Shown here piece after piece: positions 39,625 to 50,188 of a stretch of 64,000 nt of DNA. The DNA comes from an uncultured Verrucomicrobiae bacterium (GTDB lineage Bacteria > Verrucomicrobiota > Verrucomicrobiia > Limisphaerales > Palsa-1400). Position 1 is the first letter of the stretch, and the number at the start of each line of letters is the position of its first letter. Below the pieces are notes generated by a model. The model made no database searches, was not told the origin of the DNA, and saw nothing but the letters and a program-made list of their open reading frames with translations. A program made the translations under genes and the position numbers. The stretch lies in the NCBI GenBank assembly GCA_963707025.1, contig CAVPOM010000004.1:544001-608000 (forward strand). The letters run 5' to 3'.

Positions 39625-41556
39625 ATGACTATGAACCCATCAATGCATTCGATCGCCTCAACGGAGACGTGTGTCACAGAGGGAACTGCGCAAACTCTGT
39701 GCCCGGGAGAGAATTCTCTCACTGAGTTAGTTGCCTTTCAAGCGGTCACAAGACCTGGCGCGGCGGCCGTGGCATCCAGCCGCGGTGTTTTGAGCTACGG
39801 TCAACTTGACACCCGAGCCAACGAAGTCGCCAGCGTTCTAAGGGGATTGGGTGTCGGTGCAGAGGCCGTGATTGGTTTGCTTCTCCCACGCTCACCGGCG
39901 ATGGTCGTGGGCGCGTTGGGAATCCTCAAGGCGGGCGGGGCGTACCTGCCTTTGGATCCGTCCTATCCTGAAGCTCGATTGGCTTTCTTGCTCAAGGATG
40001 CACAGGCTGAGGTATTGATCACCGGACGGTCCGTAAAGGCACCCATCTCTGCGGGCGCGCGCACGTTGATCGTCCTGGATGATTTTGGCCAGTTGATTGA
40101 GGGCCCATCGCACTCTCCGCACGCGCTTCCGGCCCCCACGATCACCCCAAAAAACCTTGCCTACGTCATTTACACTTCGGGCTCAACCGGCCAACCGAAT
40201 GGCGTCGAGATTACTTATGCCAGTCTCCGGAATTTGGTCCACTGGCACCAGTGCGCCTTCAAGGTGACTGAGAAGGACCGCGCGAGCCAGGTGGCAAGGG
40301 TTGGCTTCGACGCCGCAGTATGGGAAATCTGGCCGTACCTTGCGGCGGGAGCGAGTCTCCACCTGCCGGGTGAGGGGCAATTAAGCGAGCCAGAACCTTT
40401 GCGAGATTGGCTGGTTGAGCAAGGCATCACCATTGGTTTTATCCCGACCCCGATGGCCGAGCGACTCCTGGCATTGCGCTGGCCGGCAAGGACCGCCCTG
40501 CGCGTGATGTTAACCGGAGGAGATACGCTGCACTCTTATGCACCAGCGGACATCCCTTTCTTGCTGGTCAACAACTACGGTCCGACCGAATGCACCGTGG
40601 TAGCCACTTCGGCGCTGGTGCCATCGCAAGGTTCGGGGGAACGACTGCCGCCCGTCGGCTTTCCAATCAAGAACGCCCAAGTTTACGTTCTGGACGAGTC
40701 CCGGAACCCGGTGGCTGGCCAGGATTGCGGGGAACTCTACATCGGGGGGGCTGGTGTGGCACGGGGCTACCGCAATCGTCCGGACTTGACAGCGGAGAGG
40801 TTCGTCCAGAATCCGTTCTCTGCCGAGCCGGGTGATCGGCTTTTCAGAACGGGTGACATCGTACGGTATCTTGCGAACGGTCAACTCGCCTTTCTGGGCC
40901 GTGTTGACGACCAGATCAAAGTGCGCGGCTTCCGGATCGAGCCGAACGAAGTGGCAGCAGCACTCAATGAGCATCCGGCGATTGCGCAAAGCGTGGTGGT
41001 AGCTCATGAAATCAAGCCGGGGGACCGACGCCTCGTTGGCTATTTCGTCCCCGGCTCTCAACCTCGGCCTGCGTTGAGCGAATTGCGCGAGTTCCTTGGC
41101 GCCCGCCTGCCGGAGTTCATGGTGCCGGCGACCTTCGTCGTTCTGGACCACCTGCCGTTGACCCCGAACGGGAAGGTGGATCGTGCCGCCCTCCCGTTGC
41201 CTGACAATGACAATACACTACGAGACAGAGACTTCGTTGCTCCGAGAACGGAAGTGGAGAAGACCGTGGCCGACATCCTGGCACCACTTCTGGGACTCCC
41301 TAAGCTGGACGTGGAGGACAATTTCTTCGCCCTTGGAGGACACTCGCTATTGGGAACACAACTCATCGCAAGGGTGCGCCAGGCCTTTGGAGTTGAACTT
41401 GCCCTGCTCCGTGTGTTCGAAGCCCCGACGGTGGCCGGGATTTCCGCCGAGGTCGAACGGCTACTCTTCGCGAGACTGGACGCGATGAGCGAAGAGCAAG
41501 CACGCAGTCTGCTGAGCTCAGCGCCTCCTCCAGACCAAGAACAGAGGACCCAATGA
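39625..41556 (+). CDS. Stand-alone NRPS A-T didomain, predicted to activate Leu
   Basis: YTSGSTG, FDAAVWE, NNYGPTE, FRTGD, LTPNGKVDR; carrier motif FFALGGHSL; hand-extracted specificity code DAWFLGNVVK. Confidence 0.92.
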   Translation: MTMNPSMHSIASTETCVTEGTAQTLCPGENSLTELVAFQAVTRPGAAAVASSRGVLSYGQLDTRANEVASVLRGLGVGAEAVIGLLLPRSPAMVVGALGILKAGGAYLPLDPSYPEARLAFLLKDAQAEVLITGRSVKAPISAGARTLIVLDDFGQLIEGPSHSPHALPAPTITPKNLAYVIYTSGSTGQPNGVEITYASLRNLVHWHQCAFKVTEKDRASQVARVGFDAAVWEIWPYLAAGASLHLPGEGQLSEPEPLRDWLVEQGITIGFIPTPMAERLLALRWPARTALRVMLTGGDTLHSYAPADIPFLLVNNYGPTECTVVATSALVPSQGSGERLPPVGFPIKNAQVYVLDESRNPVAGQDCGELYIGGAGVARGYRNRPDLTAERFVQNPFSAEPGDRLFRTGDIVRYLANGQLAFLGRVDDQIKVRGFRIEPNEVAAALNEHPAIAQSVVVAHEIKPGDRRLVGYFVPGSQPRPALSELREFLGARLPEFMVPATFVVLDHLPLTPNGKVDRAALPLPDNDNTLRDRDFVAPRTEVEKTVADILAPLLGLPKLDVEDNFFALGGHSLLGTQLIARVRQAFGVELALLRVFEAPTVAGISAEVERLLFARLDAMSEEQARSLLSSAPPPDQEQRTQ

Positions 41557-42905
41557 CCATTGGTAGTGATCCAGCAGCCGGCCGGAAAAAATCGGAGCCG
41601 CCTCTGAGCCTTTTCCATCTGCTCGATCCTGAGGTTCTGGCGAATCCCTATCCCCTTTACCACCGGCTTCGGCGCGAGGATCCGGTGCATTGGGACCCGT
41701 TCCTGCATGCCTGGATTGTGACCCGTTACCAGGATGTGGTGCGGGTTCTGCGCGAGTTCTCCGCCGAGCGCACACCCAGGCCTGAGCAACTGACGGCCAT
41801 GGGGCTCTCGGGTCTGAATCCTATCGCCCAGCTCATGGTGAAGCAGATGCTCTTCCTGGACCCCCCCGCGCATACACGGATTCGAGGCCTGGCTTCTGCC
41901 GCCTTCACCCCCCAACGTGTGGAAGGCTTGCGCTCGCACATTCGGGACATCGTCAGAAGTTTGCTCGAAAGGGTTGAGCCGAAGGGGCGCATCGACATCA
42001 TCGCCGACCTGGCTGAGCCGCTGCCGTGCATCGTGACTGCAGAGATGCTGGGCGTGCCCGTCGAAGATCACCACCAGTTGAAATTGTGGTCGCAGGACTT
42101 CGCCGAAATGCTGGGGAACTTCCAGCATAATCCTGACCACGTGCCACGAATCCTCAAAAGCACAGAAGAAATGACCGCTTATTTTCGCTCTGCAATGCGT
42201 ACGGAAAAGCTGCGACCAGACGGCCTGGTCACCTCTCTGATGAATGCGGAGATTCAAGGAGATCGTTTGACTGTGGGTGAGGTAATCGCAAACTGCATCG
42301 TGACCATGGTCGGCGGCCAGGAGACCACCACGAACCTAATCGGCAATGGAGTGCTCTCCTTGCTGCGAAATCCCCTGGAGCTTGAGAGACTCCGCGCAAA
42401 CCCCGCCATGGTTCCCTCGGCGGTGGAAGAGTTGCTTCGATACGAGAGCCCCAGCCAGCACACTGGCCGTCTGGCTCCTGAGGATACCGAACTGGGCGGC
42501 AAGCAGATCCGCAAGCGACAAGCGGTCATGGCGGTGATGGCAGCCGCGAACCGTGACCCCGAGCGCTTCCCGGACCCGGACCGGCTCGATATCAGCCGGA
42601 CGGACAATCGCCATGTCGCCTTTGGATGGGGCGCCCACTTCTGTTTCGGCGCACCCTTGGCTCGAATCGAAGGCCAGATTGCCTTCGAAGAGTTGTTGCG
42701 GTGGTTTCCGCAGTGGTCGCTTGGACCGGGGCCTCTCGTCTGGCGGACAAACCTGGGCTTGCGAGGGCTAACAGCTTTGCCGGTCAACGTCACCAGCGGA
42801 ATGCGGGACACAACAGCCACGAACCGTGTCACGGCAGGCAACGAAGGCGTATCCACGTGCCCATTCGCTATCGCGCATCCCAAAAGTGAGCAGACAGCGA
42901 ACTAA
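41553..42905 (+). CDS. Cytochrome P450
   Basis: LDPPAHTRIR, I-helix GGQETT, EELLRY, heme motif FGWGAHFCFG; ATG overlaps the NRPS stop. Confidence 0.96.
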   Translation: MTIGSDPAAGRKKSEPPLSLFHLLDPEVLANPYPLYHRLRREDPVHWDPFLHAWIVTRYQDVVRVLREFSAERTPRPEQLTAMGLSGLNPIAQLMVKQMLFLDPPAHTRIRGLASAAFTPQRVEGLRSHIRDIVRSLLERVEPKGRIDIIADLAEPLPCIVTAEMLGVPVEDHHQLKLWSQDFAEMLGNFQHNPDHVPRILKSTEEMTAYFRSAMRTEKLRPDGLVTSLMNAEIQGDRLTVGEVIANCIVTMVGGQETTTNLIGNGVLSLLRNPLELERLRANPAMVPSAVEELLRYESPSQHTGRLAPEDTELGGKQIRKRQAVMAVMAAANRDPERFPDPDRLDISRTDNRHVAFGWGAHFCFGAPLARIEGQIAFEELLRWFPQWSLGPGPLVWRTNLGLRGLTALPVNVTSGMRDTTATNRVTAGNEGVSTCPFAIAHPKSEQTAN

Positions 42906-43121
42906 CACAACGCGGATGATCCTCTGCCATGAAAACAACACCCTGGCTTGCGGCCTCAAGGGCACAGGCACTGATTGGTACATCCACTGTGGCCAACTTT
43001 CAAACCATGTCAGAGGGCACCTCGGCGTTGGAAATAGAAGAGGCTCACAGATGAAGGAAGCTCGCAGCTTGTTTGCAGCCAGCGACTATTACGGCAGCAT
43101 CCTGCCAGCGAATAACGTGAT

Positions 43122-46100
43122 ATGGTAGAATCATCGGCACTTTCACCAGTGAAGCGAGCGTTGCGCAAGCAGCTCTTGAAGCGGGCCTCACTCGGATTGG
43201 TCCGAGGTCCTGAAATACCACTACGGCCCGAGCGCGACTTTGCCCCACTGTCGTTCGCCCAGCACCAGATGTGGGTGATTGATCAAATGACGCCGGGGAA
43301 TCCCGCGTACAACCTGTCTATCGGGTATCGGCTGCGTGGCGTGCTCGAGGTGGCGGCCCTGGAAGACAGTCTCAATGAAGTTATCAAGCGGCATGAGAGC
43401 CTGAGAACGACCTTCGCGGTCAGGGACGGAGAACCCCTGCAATTCATCCATCCCGAACTCAAAATCAACATTGATGTCATCCAACTGGATCACCTGCACG
43501 GCGCGGAATGCGAAAACCGCGTGCAGGCCCTGGCCGCGCAGCAGTCGGTCAAATCGTTCGACCTGTCTCGTCTTCCACTGCTTCGCGTCTGCCTGCTCAA
43601 GCTGGGTGAAGCCGAACACATCTTAATCATCAACGTTCACCATATCGTGGCGGACGGAATATCTATTGGGCGGCTGTTCGACGAGTTGGATACCTTCTAT
43701 CGGGCCCGTACTCGCGGGAGAGCCCCGCACCCACGGGAACTGGCGGTGCAGTATGCCGACTTCGCTCTGTGGCAACGAAGAACCTTCGACAACCAGGCAG
43801 CCCATGCCGGCCAAATCAATTTCTGGCAGAAGCAGTTGGGCGGCGAGCTTCCGGTATTAGAGTTGCCCGGCGACAAACTGCGACCGGCCCGCCAGTCTTT
43901 CAACGGCTCCAATGTCTTTTTCAATATCCCCTTCGCGCTGGCCCAAGATTTGAGCTCCTTGGGCCTGAGCGAAGGGTGTTCGTTTTTCATGACCCTGTTG
44001 GCGGCATTTCAAGTGCTGCTTCAGCGGTACTCCGGGGCGGAGGATATTGTTATTGGGACGCCCGTTGCCGCGAGAACTCCGGGCGAACTGGAGCCGTTGT
44101 TCGGGAATTTTCTCAACATGATCGCCTTGAGGTGCGACCTTTCGGACGATCCGACCTTCCTCGAGTTGTTGCGCCGGAGCCGGGAGACGACGCTCAACGC
44201 CTTGTCGAACAGCGACCTGCCGTTCGAAGCCATGCTAAAACACCTAAAGTTCGAAAGGGACCCAAGCCGGAACCCTGTTTTTCAGGTTATGTTGGAGATA
44301 ACCTCCGCCACGACTCCGGTGGTTGGCGGCCTGCAAATCAGCAGGTTCCTTTTTGATCTGAAGATCGCCCAGTTTGATTTGAGCCTGCATCTCTGCAAAG
44401 AGGGCGGCGATTACCTGGGTTGGTTTGAGTACCTGCACCCACTTGTTCTACCCGGAAACCGTGGAGAGACTTTCGTCGAACTTCCAACAGTTGTTACACG
44501 CCATCCTCAGGGAGCCCCAACAAAGGATATCGGAGATTGGGATTCTGACGGCAGCCGAAAGAAACCGGATTCTCAACGAGTGGAACGACACGAAGTCCGA
44601 GTTTCCCGCGCACTTGGTGATCCACCAATTGTTTGAGGCCCAGGTGGAGCGCACACCTGGGCGCAGCGCCGTCACGGCTGGCGCGACGGCGCTTACCTAC
44701 GCCGAGTTGGACGCGCGAGCCAACCGCATGGCGCGGGCGCTGCGCTTACGCGGCGTTCGTCGCGGCCAACGGGTCGGCCTGTGCCTCGAACGGGGCGCCG
44801 GCATGCTCGCCACCGCCCTGGGCATCCTCAAGGCTGGCGCGGCCTATGTGCCAATCGATCCCGCGCTTCCGCAAGCTCGCTTGCGCTTCATGGCGGACGA
44901 CGCACAACTCGCCCTGCTCGTCTCCAACACTGCCTTGGCGGCCTCGTTCAGTCTGCCGCGCGAGCATCAACTGCTGCTCGATGCCGATGCCAAGACCATC
45001 GCTTCCGCGCCAGATACCCGCCTGCCTGTCGATGCCTGCAGCGCGCAGCCTCAGGACCCTGCCTACCTCATCTACACGTCCGGCTCAACCGGCAAGCCCA
45101 AGGGCGTTGTCGTCCCACACTGTGCGGTGCTCAACTTCCTTGCCAGTATGGCTCGCGAGCCGGGCCTTGCTGCTGATGACGTGCTGGTCGCCGTCACGAC
45201 CTTATCCTTCGATATCGCCGTGCTCGAGCTCTACCTGCCACTCACGCTAGGCGCCTCGATCGCCATCGCGACCTACGACGAAGCCAGCGATGGTCATGCC
45301 CTCGCTGCCCTCCTGGAACAGCGTCGTGCCACCGTGATGCAGGCCACCCCGGTCACCTGGCGTCTGTTGTTCGAGGCAGGCTGGGCTCCCAAGCCTGGCT
45401 TTAAGGCGCTAGTCGGTGGCGAGACACTGCCTGCGGAGCTTGCTGCTCGCTTGCTCGCATCCGGCGTCGAGTTGTGGAACATGTACGGACCCACCGAGAC
45501 CACGGTGTGGTCCACCTGCGCCCGCATCTCCAGCCCCTCCGACAGGATCACCATCGGCAAGCCGATTGCTAACACCATCGTCCGGATCCTGGATGCGCAT
45601 AAGGGCTTGTGCCCCATCGGCGTCCCCGGCGAACTGTGCATTGGGGGCGCCGGCGTCTCTCTCGGTTATTGGAATCGGCCCGAGCTCACCGCTGCCCGAT
45701 TCATCCCCGACTCGTTCAGCACCACTGCAGGAGCCACTCTTTACTGCACCGGCGATCGCGCCCGCTGGCGCAGCGACGGCACGCTCGAGCACTTTGGCCG
45801 GCTGGACTTCCAGATCAAGCTGCGTGGGTTTCGCATTGAAGTGGGGGAAATCGAGGCCGCTATCGCGCAGCACCCCGCCGTCCGCGACGCGGCAGTCATT
45901 GCGCGCGAGGACGTCCCTGGAGACAAGCGCCTCGTTGCCTATGTCGTCGCCGAGACACCGCCTGCCGGCTTCCTCGATCAGTTGCGGGCGCTCCTCAGAG
46001 CAGCCATGCCCGAGTACATGCTCCCCGCCCATTTCGTCATGCTCACGGCACTGCCGCGGACCCACAACGGGAAACTGGAGCGCCGGACGCTGCCACCACC

Positions 46101-46533
46101 TAGCCCGGGAGATGGGTCACGTCGCGGCGTCGTTGTTGCTCCGCGAACACCCACTGAGGAGATGGCCCTGCGAGTATTCCGCGGCGTCCTGGGCCGCGCG
46201 GACTTCGGGGTGTTCGACACCTTTTTCGACCTCGGCGGCAATTCGCTTATGGCTGCGCGGCTCATGCTGCAACTCCGTGCCGCATCAAACTGCGATTTGC
46301 CGCTCCGTATTCTCTTTGAACGACAAACGGTTTCAGCGCTGGCCGAAGCCATCGATGGCCTCGCGTACTTGGCAAACTCCAAGCAACCGCCCGCACTGGA
46401 GCATAACAGGATGGAGATCGAGCCTCTAAGAGCGCGAGTCTTGCTCGCCCAGTCCCGTCGTCCCGATGTTCAGATGCCGCCGGTCAGACCCGCCCGGTGC
46501 ATGTGCATCGGGTGGGTCCGGACCCGGTGTTGA
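43122..46533 (+). CDS. NRPS C-A-T module, predicted to activate Gly; split by a one-base frameshift near 44433
   Basis: C domain HHIVADG; GAG TAC c TGC ACC CAC TTG TTC restores FEY-CTHLF (canonical FEY.TDLF); A-domain code DILQLGMVWK; carrier motif FFDLGGNSL; no TE domain. Confidence 0.88.
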
Positions 46534-46753
46534 GCCGCTTGTGGGAAGCCTTGCACGTGGGAATGATCCTGAAACGTGCGCTGCAATCGCGCCGCTATCC
46601 GCCCCACGCGGATTCAACGCCCCGCACGGTCACAGCCGGGCGGCCCGACAAGCCTGCCGTTCCCGGCCGGCCATGGATTTAGCAACGACGCTCCTCGCGA
46701 CAGGCCATCTTTTCACGGATGGTCTCCAGGTTCTGTTTCCATTGAGTTATGAG

Positions 46754-46805
46754 TGGTGCACCCAGATGGAGTTGAACCATCAACCTTCTGATCCGTAGTC
46801 AGATG
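46754..46805 (-). tRNA. 3' fragment of tRNA-Arg(ACG), probably an att-site duplicate rather than an intact tRNA
   Basis: Minus strand CATCTGACTACGGATCAGAAGGTTGATGGTTCAACTCCATCTGGGTGCACCA: anticodon arm (ACG), T-arm GGTTCAACTCC and CCA present; D-arm and 5' acceptor strand absent. Confidence 0.88.
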
Positions 46806-46817
46806 TTGTCGAGGGAG

Positions 46818-46894
46818 AATACCCGTTTCCCTCTAGGACGTGCCGCACACTGCCGCATAGCCGCATAGGGGGACGGGTATTTTACGGGTATTTT
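46818..46894. repeat. Short repeats beside the att core (candidate integrase arm-type and accessory-factor sites)
   Basis: ACGGGTATTTT twice (46873, 46884), inverted AATACCCGT (46818), GCCGCA three times (46842, 46852, 46860). Confidence 0.6.
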
Positions 46895-47101
46895 CGGACG
46901 TCAATTCCGATGTCAGATACTTAACCTCCATTCGCCACGTTTCCAGCCTTTTCCAAGCCTAATTTCATTTTCCCAAAGGTCGAGCTTAAAAAGTCGAGTG
47001 TCAAGAAGAGAGCCTTCCCTCAATTCGCCCTCCCACTCCCAAATTCGCATTACGCGGCCTTGCAGTCCGATATGCATGCTGGCCGCAATGAATATCAAGG
47101 C

Positions 47102-49690
47102 GCTTCAACGGGGCCGCGCCCGCGCGGGCGCGGAATGCGATCTGTCCATAGCCATGCAAAACTTTGACCACGAAGCTTCAACGGGGCCGCGCCCGCGCGG
47201 GCGCGGAATGATGCGCTGCAGCGGCGGCATGAGACGGAGGCGGCGGGCTTCAACGGGGCCGCGCCCGCGCGGGCGCGGAATGGACGTCGCTGGTGCGGTC
47301 GTTTCCGCAGGGTTTCCGGGCTTCAACGGGGCCGCGCCCGCGCGGGCGCGGAATGGACCTGACGCGCCTTGGCCTCATGGAGGGCGGCGGCGACTTCAAC
47401 GGGGCCGCGCCCGCGCGGGCGCGGAATGGGGCGGCGGCGCCCGGTCCGTCGCGCCGGGCAGCCAACTTCAACGGGGCCGCGCCCGCGCGGGCGCGGAATG
47501 AATTCACCCTCGACAAACGCGGCCGGGCCAAAATGAACTTCAACGGGGCCGCGCCCGCGCGGGCGCGGAATGCCAGTTCACCAGCATGGTGCCTCCCCTC
47601 ACCTACATACTTCAACGGGGCCGCGCCCGCGCGGGCGCGGAATGCCCAGACTGTCTGGGTAGGGCCTACTCCCATTCCAGGACTTCAACGGGGCCGCGCC
47701 CGCGCGGGCGCGGAATGTTTTCCAATGCCAGCGCAGCCAAAAGGCCGGGGAGGACTTCAACGGGGCCGCGCCCGCGCGGGCGCGGAATGGCGGATGATGT
47801 CCCCACGGAAATCCCTGATCCCAATGACTTCAACGGGGCCGCGCCCGCGCGGGCGCGGAATGCGTGCGGCGCATGCGTGCAAAGGCCGGACGCCTGAACT
47901 TCAACGGGGCCGCGCCCGCGCGGGCGCGGAATGTTTATTCGCGTCAGTGAATACCGGCGCGCTGGCGGTACTTCAACGGGGCCGCGCCCGCGCGGGCGCG
48001 GAATGCATTCCATGCCGGGGCGGTTGGCAAATAGTGACTCACACTTCAACGGGGCCGCGCCCGCGCGGGCGCGGAATGGATGCTGAGGACATGGGAGGAC
48101 GTTGAAGCCAAGCAACTTCAACGGGGCCGCGCCCGCGCGGGCGCGGAATGCGCCCTTGGAAGGGCCAGCCGAAAAGCGGATTGAAAACACTTCAACGGGG
48201 CCGCGCCCGCGCGGGCGCGGAATGCCGTCAAGCATTTTCCAAGCTCGTGACAAAAATACACTTCAACGGGGCCGCGCCCGCGCGGGCGCGGAATGCCTCT
48301 GGTTCTCACCTCGGCCGGCGGTGTCGCTGTCTCACTTCAACGGGGCCGCGCCCGCGCGGGCGCGGAATGCTGATCGCGCGGCGAGGGCGCGGGCCGTCGG
48401 ATACGTACTTCAACGGGGCCGCGCCCGCGCGGGCGCGGAATGCCGGAGGCTCCGCATGAGATTAGGAGCTTCACCTGACTTCAACGGGGCCGCGCCCGCG
48501 CGGGCGCGGAATGTTCGTTGGTTGGCGCGGTGGCGCCGGGGCACGGCGCACTTCAACGGGGCCGCGCCCGCGCGGGCGCGGAATGGGCGCGGCAGGCACC
48601 GCGATGGTGCCGCTTCCGCTACTTCAACGGGGCCGCGCCCGCGCGGGCGCGGAATGCGGGCCGCCGGGCACGGAAGTTTATGCCGAGCTTGACACTTCAA
48701 CGGGGCCGCGCCCGCGCGGGCGCGGAATGGTCTTTTAAAAGTTCGTTCATGCCTACAATATAGCGTACTTCAACGGGGCCGCGCCCGCGCGGGCGCGGAA
48801 TGGTCGCCCTGCGCCGCCTGGCCGGGTGATGACGCCCGGCACTTCAACGGGGCCGCGCCCGCGCGGGCGCGGAATGTGAATGCGGTGAGCGGCGTTTCCG
48901 TTGCGCAAATTGACTTCAACGGGGCCGCGCCCGCGCGGGCGCGGAATGTCGGTCGACGGTAGGCCGGGATGCCGAACTGCGGCTCGAGACTTCAACGGGG
49001 CCGCGCCCGCGCGGGCGCGGAATGGCTGCACTGGCACGCGCAAGTCTGCGCTGGGTCATCGCACTTCAACGGGGCCGCGCCCGCGCGGGCGCGGAATGCG
49101 GCGCACGGCGCGCCGGCATGCTCGACTGGCATGCACGCTGCAACTTCAACGGGGCCGCGCCCGCGCGGGCGCGGAATGAGGCCGTGTCCGTGGACGCCGC
49201 GATCATCGCACTTCAACGGGGCCGCGCCCGCGCGGGCGCGGAATGCGCGACGCCACTGCGGCCTGGCGATCGCCCAGTCGACTTCAACGGGGCCGCGCCC
49301 GCGCGGGCGCGGAATGCTCGCACCGCATGCACGCTGGCATCGCGTGACGTGGCCTGTGGCACTTCAACGGGGCCGCGCCCGCGCGGGCGCGGAATGATCG
49401 CACTGGCGCGACGCGGACGGTGCAATCGCGGCTGCGCACTTCAACGGGGCCGCGCCCGCGCGGGCGCGGAATGAGGGTTAGGCTGAGCGGCAGTCGACGC
49501 GATTGCACTTCAACGGGGCCGCGCCCGCGCGGGCGCGGAATGGCTGGCACTGCCACGACGACTCCGCGATGCCGCTCGACTTCAACGGGGCCGCGCCCGC
49601 GCGGGCGCGGAATGCATGCCGCGCGCAATGCGCCTCAGCCATGCCGCACGTCATACTTCAACGGGGCCGCGCCCGCGCGGGCGCGGAATG
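47102..49690 (-). CRISPR. Type I-G CRISPR array, 36 repeats and 35 spacers
   Basis: 36-bp repeat (plus strand) RCTTCAACGGGGCCGCGCCCGCGCGGGCGCGGAATG counted 36 times; spacers 31-44 nt; in minus orientation the repeat ends GTTGAAG(T/C) and follows cas2. Confidence 0.98.
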
Positions 49691-49894
49691 TCTTCTCTTG
49701 TAACCCTTTCCGGCACAGGCTCGCAACAATTGAATTGCGATTGCCTGCGTCCCTCGCGTTACCCTTCTCTTCTTGCTGTTAACCAGTCTCACACTATTTG
49801 TTCAAAATCAAGCGTTTACGTCATGCGAGCGCCAGCGGGGGTTTCCGCGTCACCTCGCCGCTCGCGGGTTCAATTATCAAAGAACACCAAAGGC
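49691..49894 (-). promoter_or_regulatory. CRISPR leader
   Basis: About 200 bp, lower GC, non-coding, between cas2 and the array; contains inverted GCGAGCG…CGCTCGC motifs (about 49825-49865). Confidence 0.75.
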
Positions 49895-50185
49895 TCAGAC
49901 CACATAACACGGCGCGTCCAGTTTCGTATAGGGCAGACCCAATGCAGTAATCACCCGATCCCCTCGCCCTTCCGCTGGTCCCAGCCCAACAAAAATTACT
50001 TGATCCTCATCGTGGTTGATGATTTCGGTCAAAGCTGATTCCAGCTCAACTTTCTCCGACGGGTTCAGGTCGCACTCGAACACCGAAAATTGCAGGTGGT
50101 CGCCAAAATTGCTGCAGGTCTTGAAAACCTTCCGCAGCCGTTTGTCGTCAGCAATATCGTAACACACCAAATACGTAGTTCTCAT
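49895..50185 (-). CDS. cas2: CRISPR-associated Cas2
   Basis: YLVCYDIADDKRLRKV…HLQFSVFECDL; 96 aa. Confidence 0.97.
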   Translation of the reverse strand: MRTTYLVCYDIADDKRLRKVFKTCSNFGDHLQFSVFECDLNPSEKVELESALTEIINHDEDQVIFVGLGPAEGRGDRVITALGLPYTKLDAPCYVV

Positions 50186-50188
50186 GGG

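Noticed and set aside
46754..46830. Functional tRNA-Arg gene
   Set aside because: The D-arm and 5' acceptor strand are missing; treated as an att fragment.
47045..47092. Imperfect hairpin next to the array trailer end (possible ncRNA or degenerate repeat)
   Set aside because: No similarity to the repeat and no other support.
47356..47464. Adjacent spacers 4 and 5 share GGGCGGCGGCG (possible overlapping protospacers)
   Set aside because: Only 11 nt of low-complexity GC sequence; plausible by chance without target data.
47102..49690. Self-targeting spacers matching this window
   Set aside because: None found by eye; not exhaustive, needs BLASTN.
46998..50038. Many ORFs with repeated FNGAAPARARN / STGPRPRGRG peptides
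   Set aside because: Translations of the CRISPR repeats.
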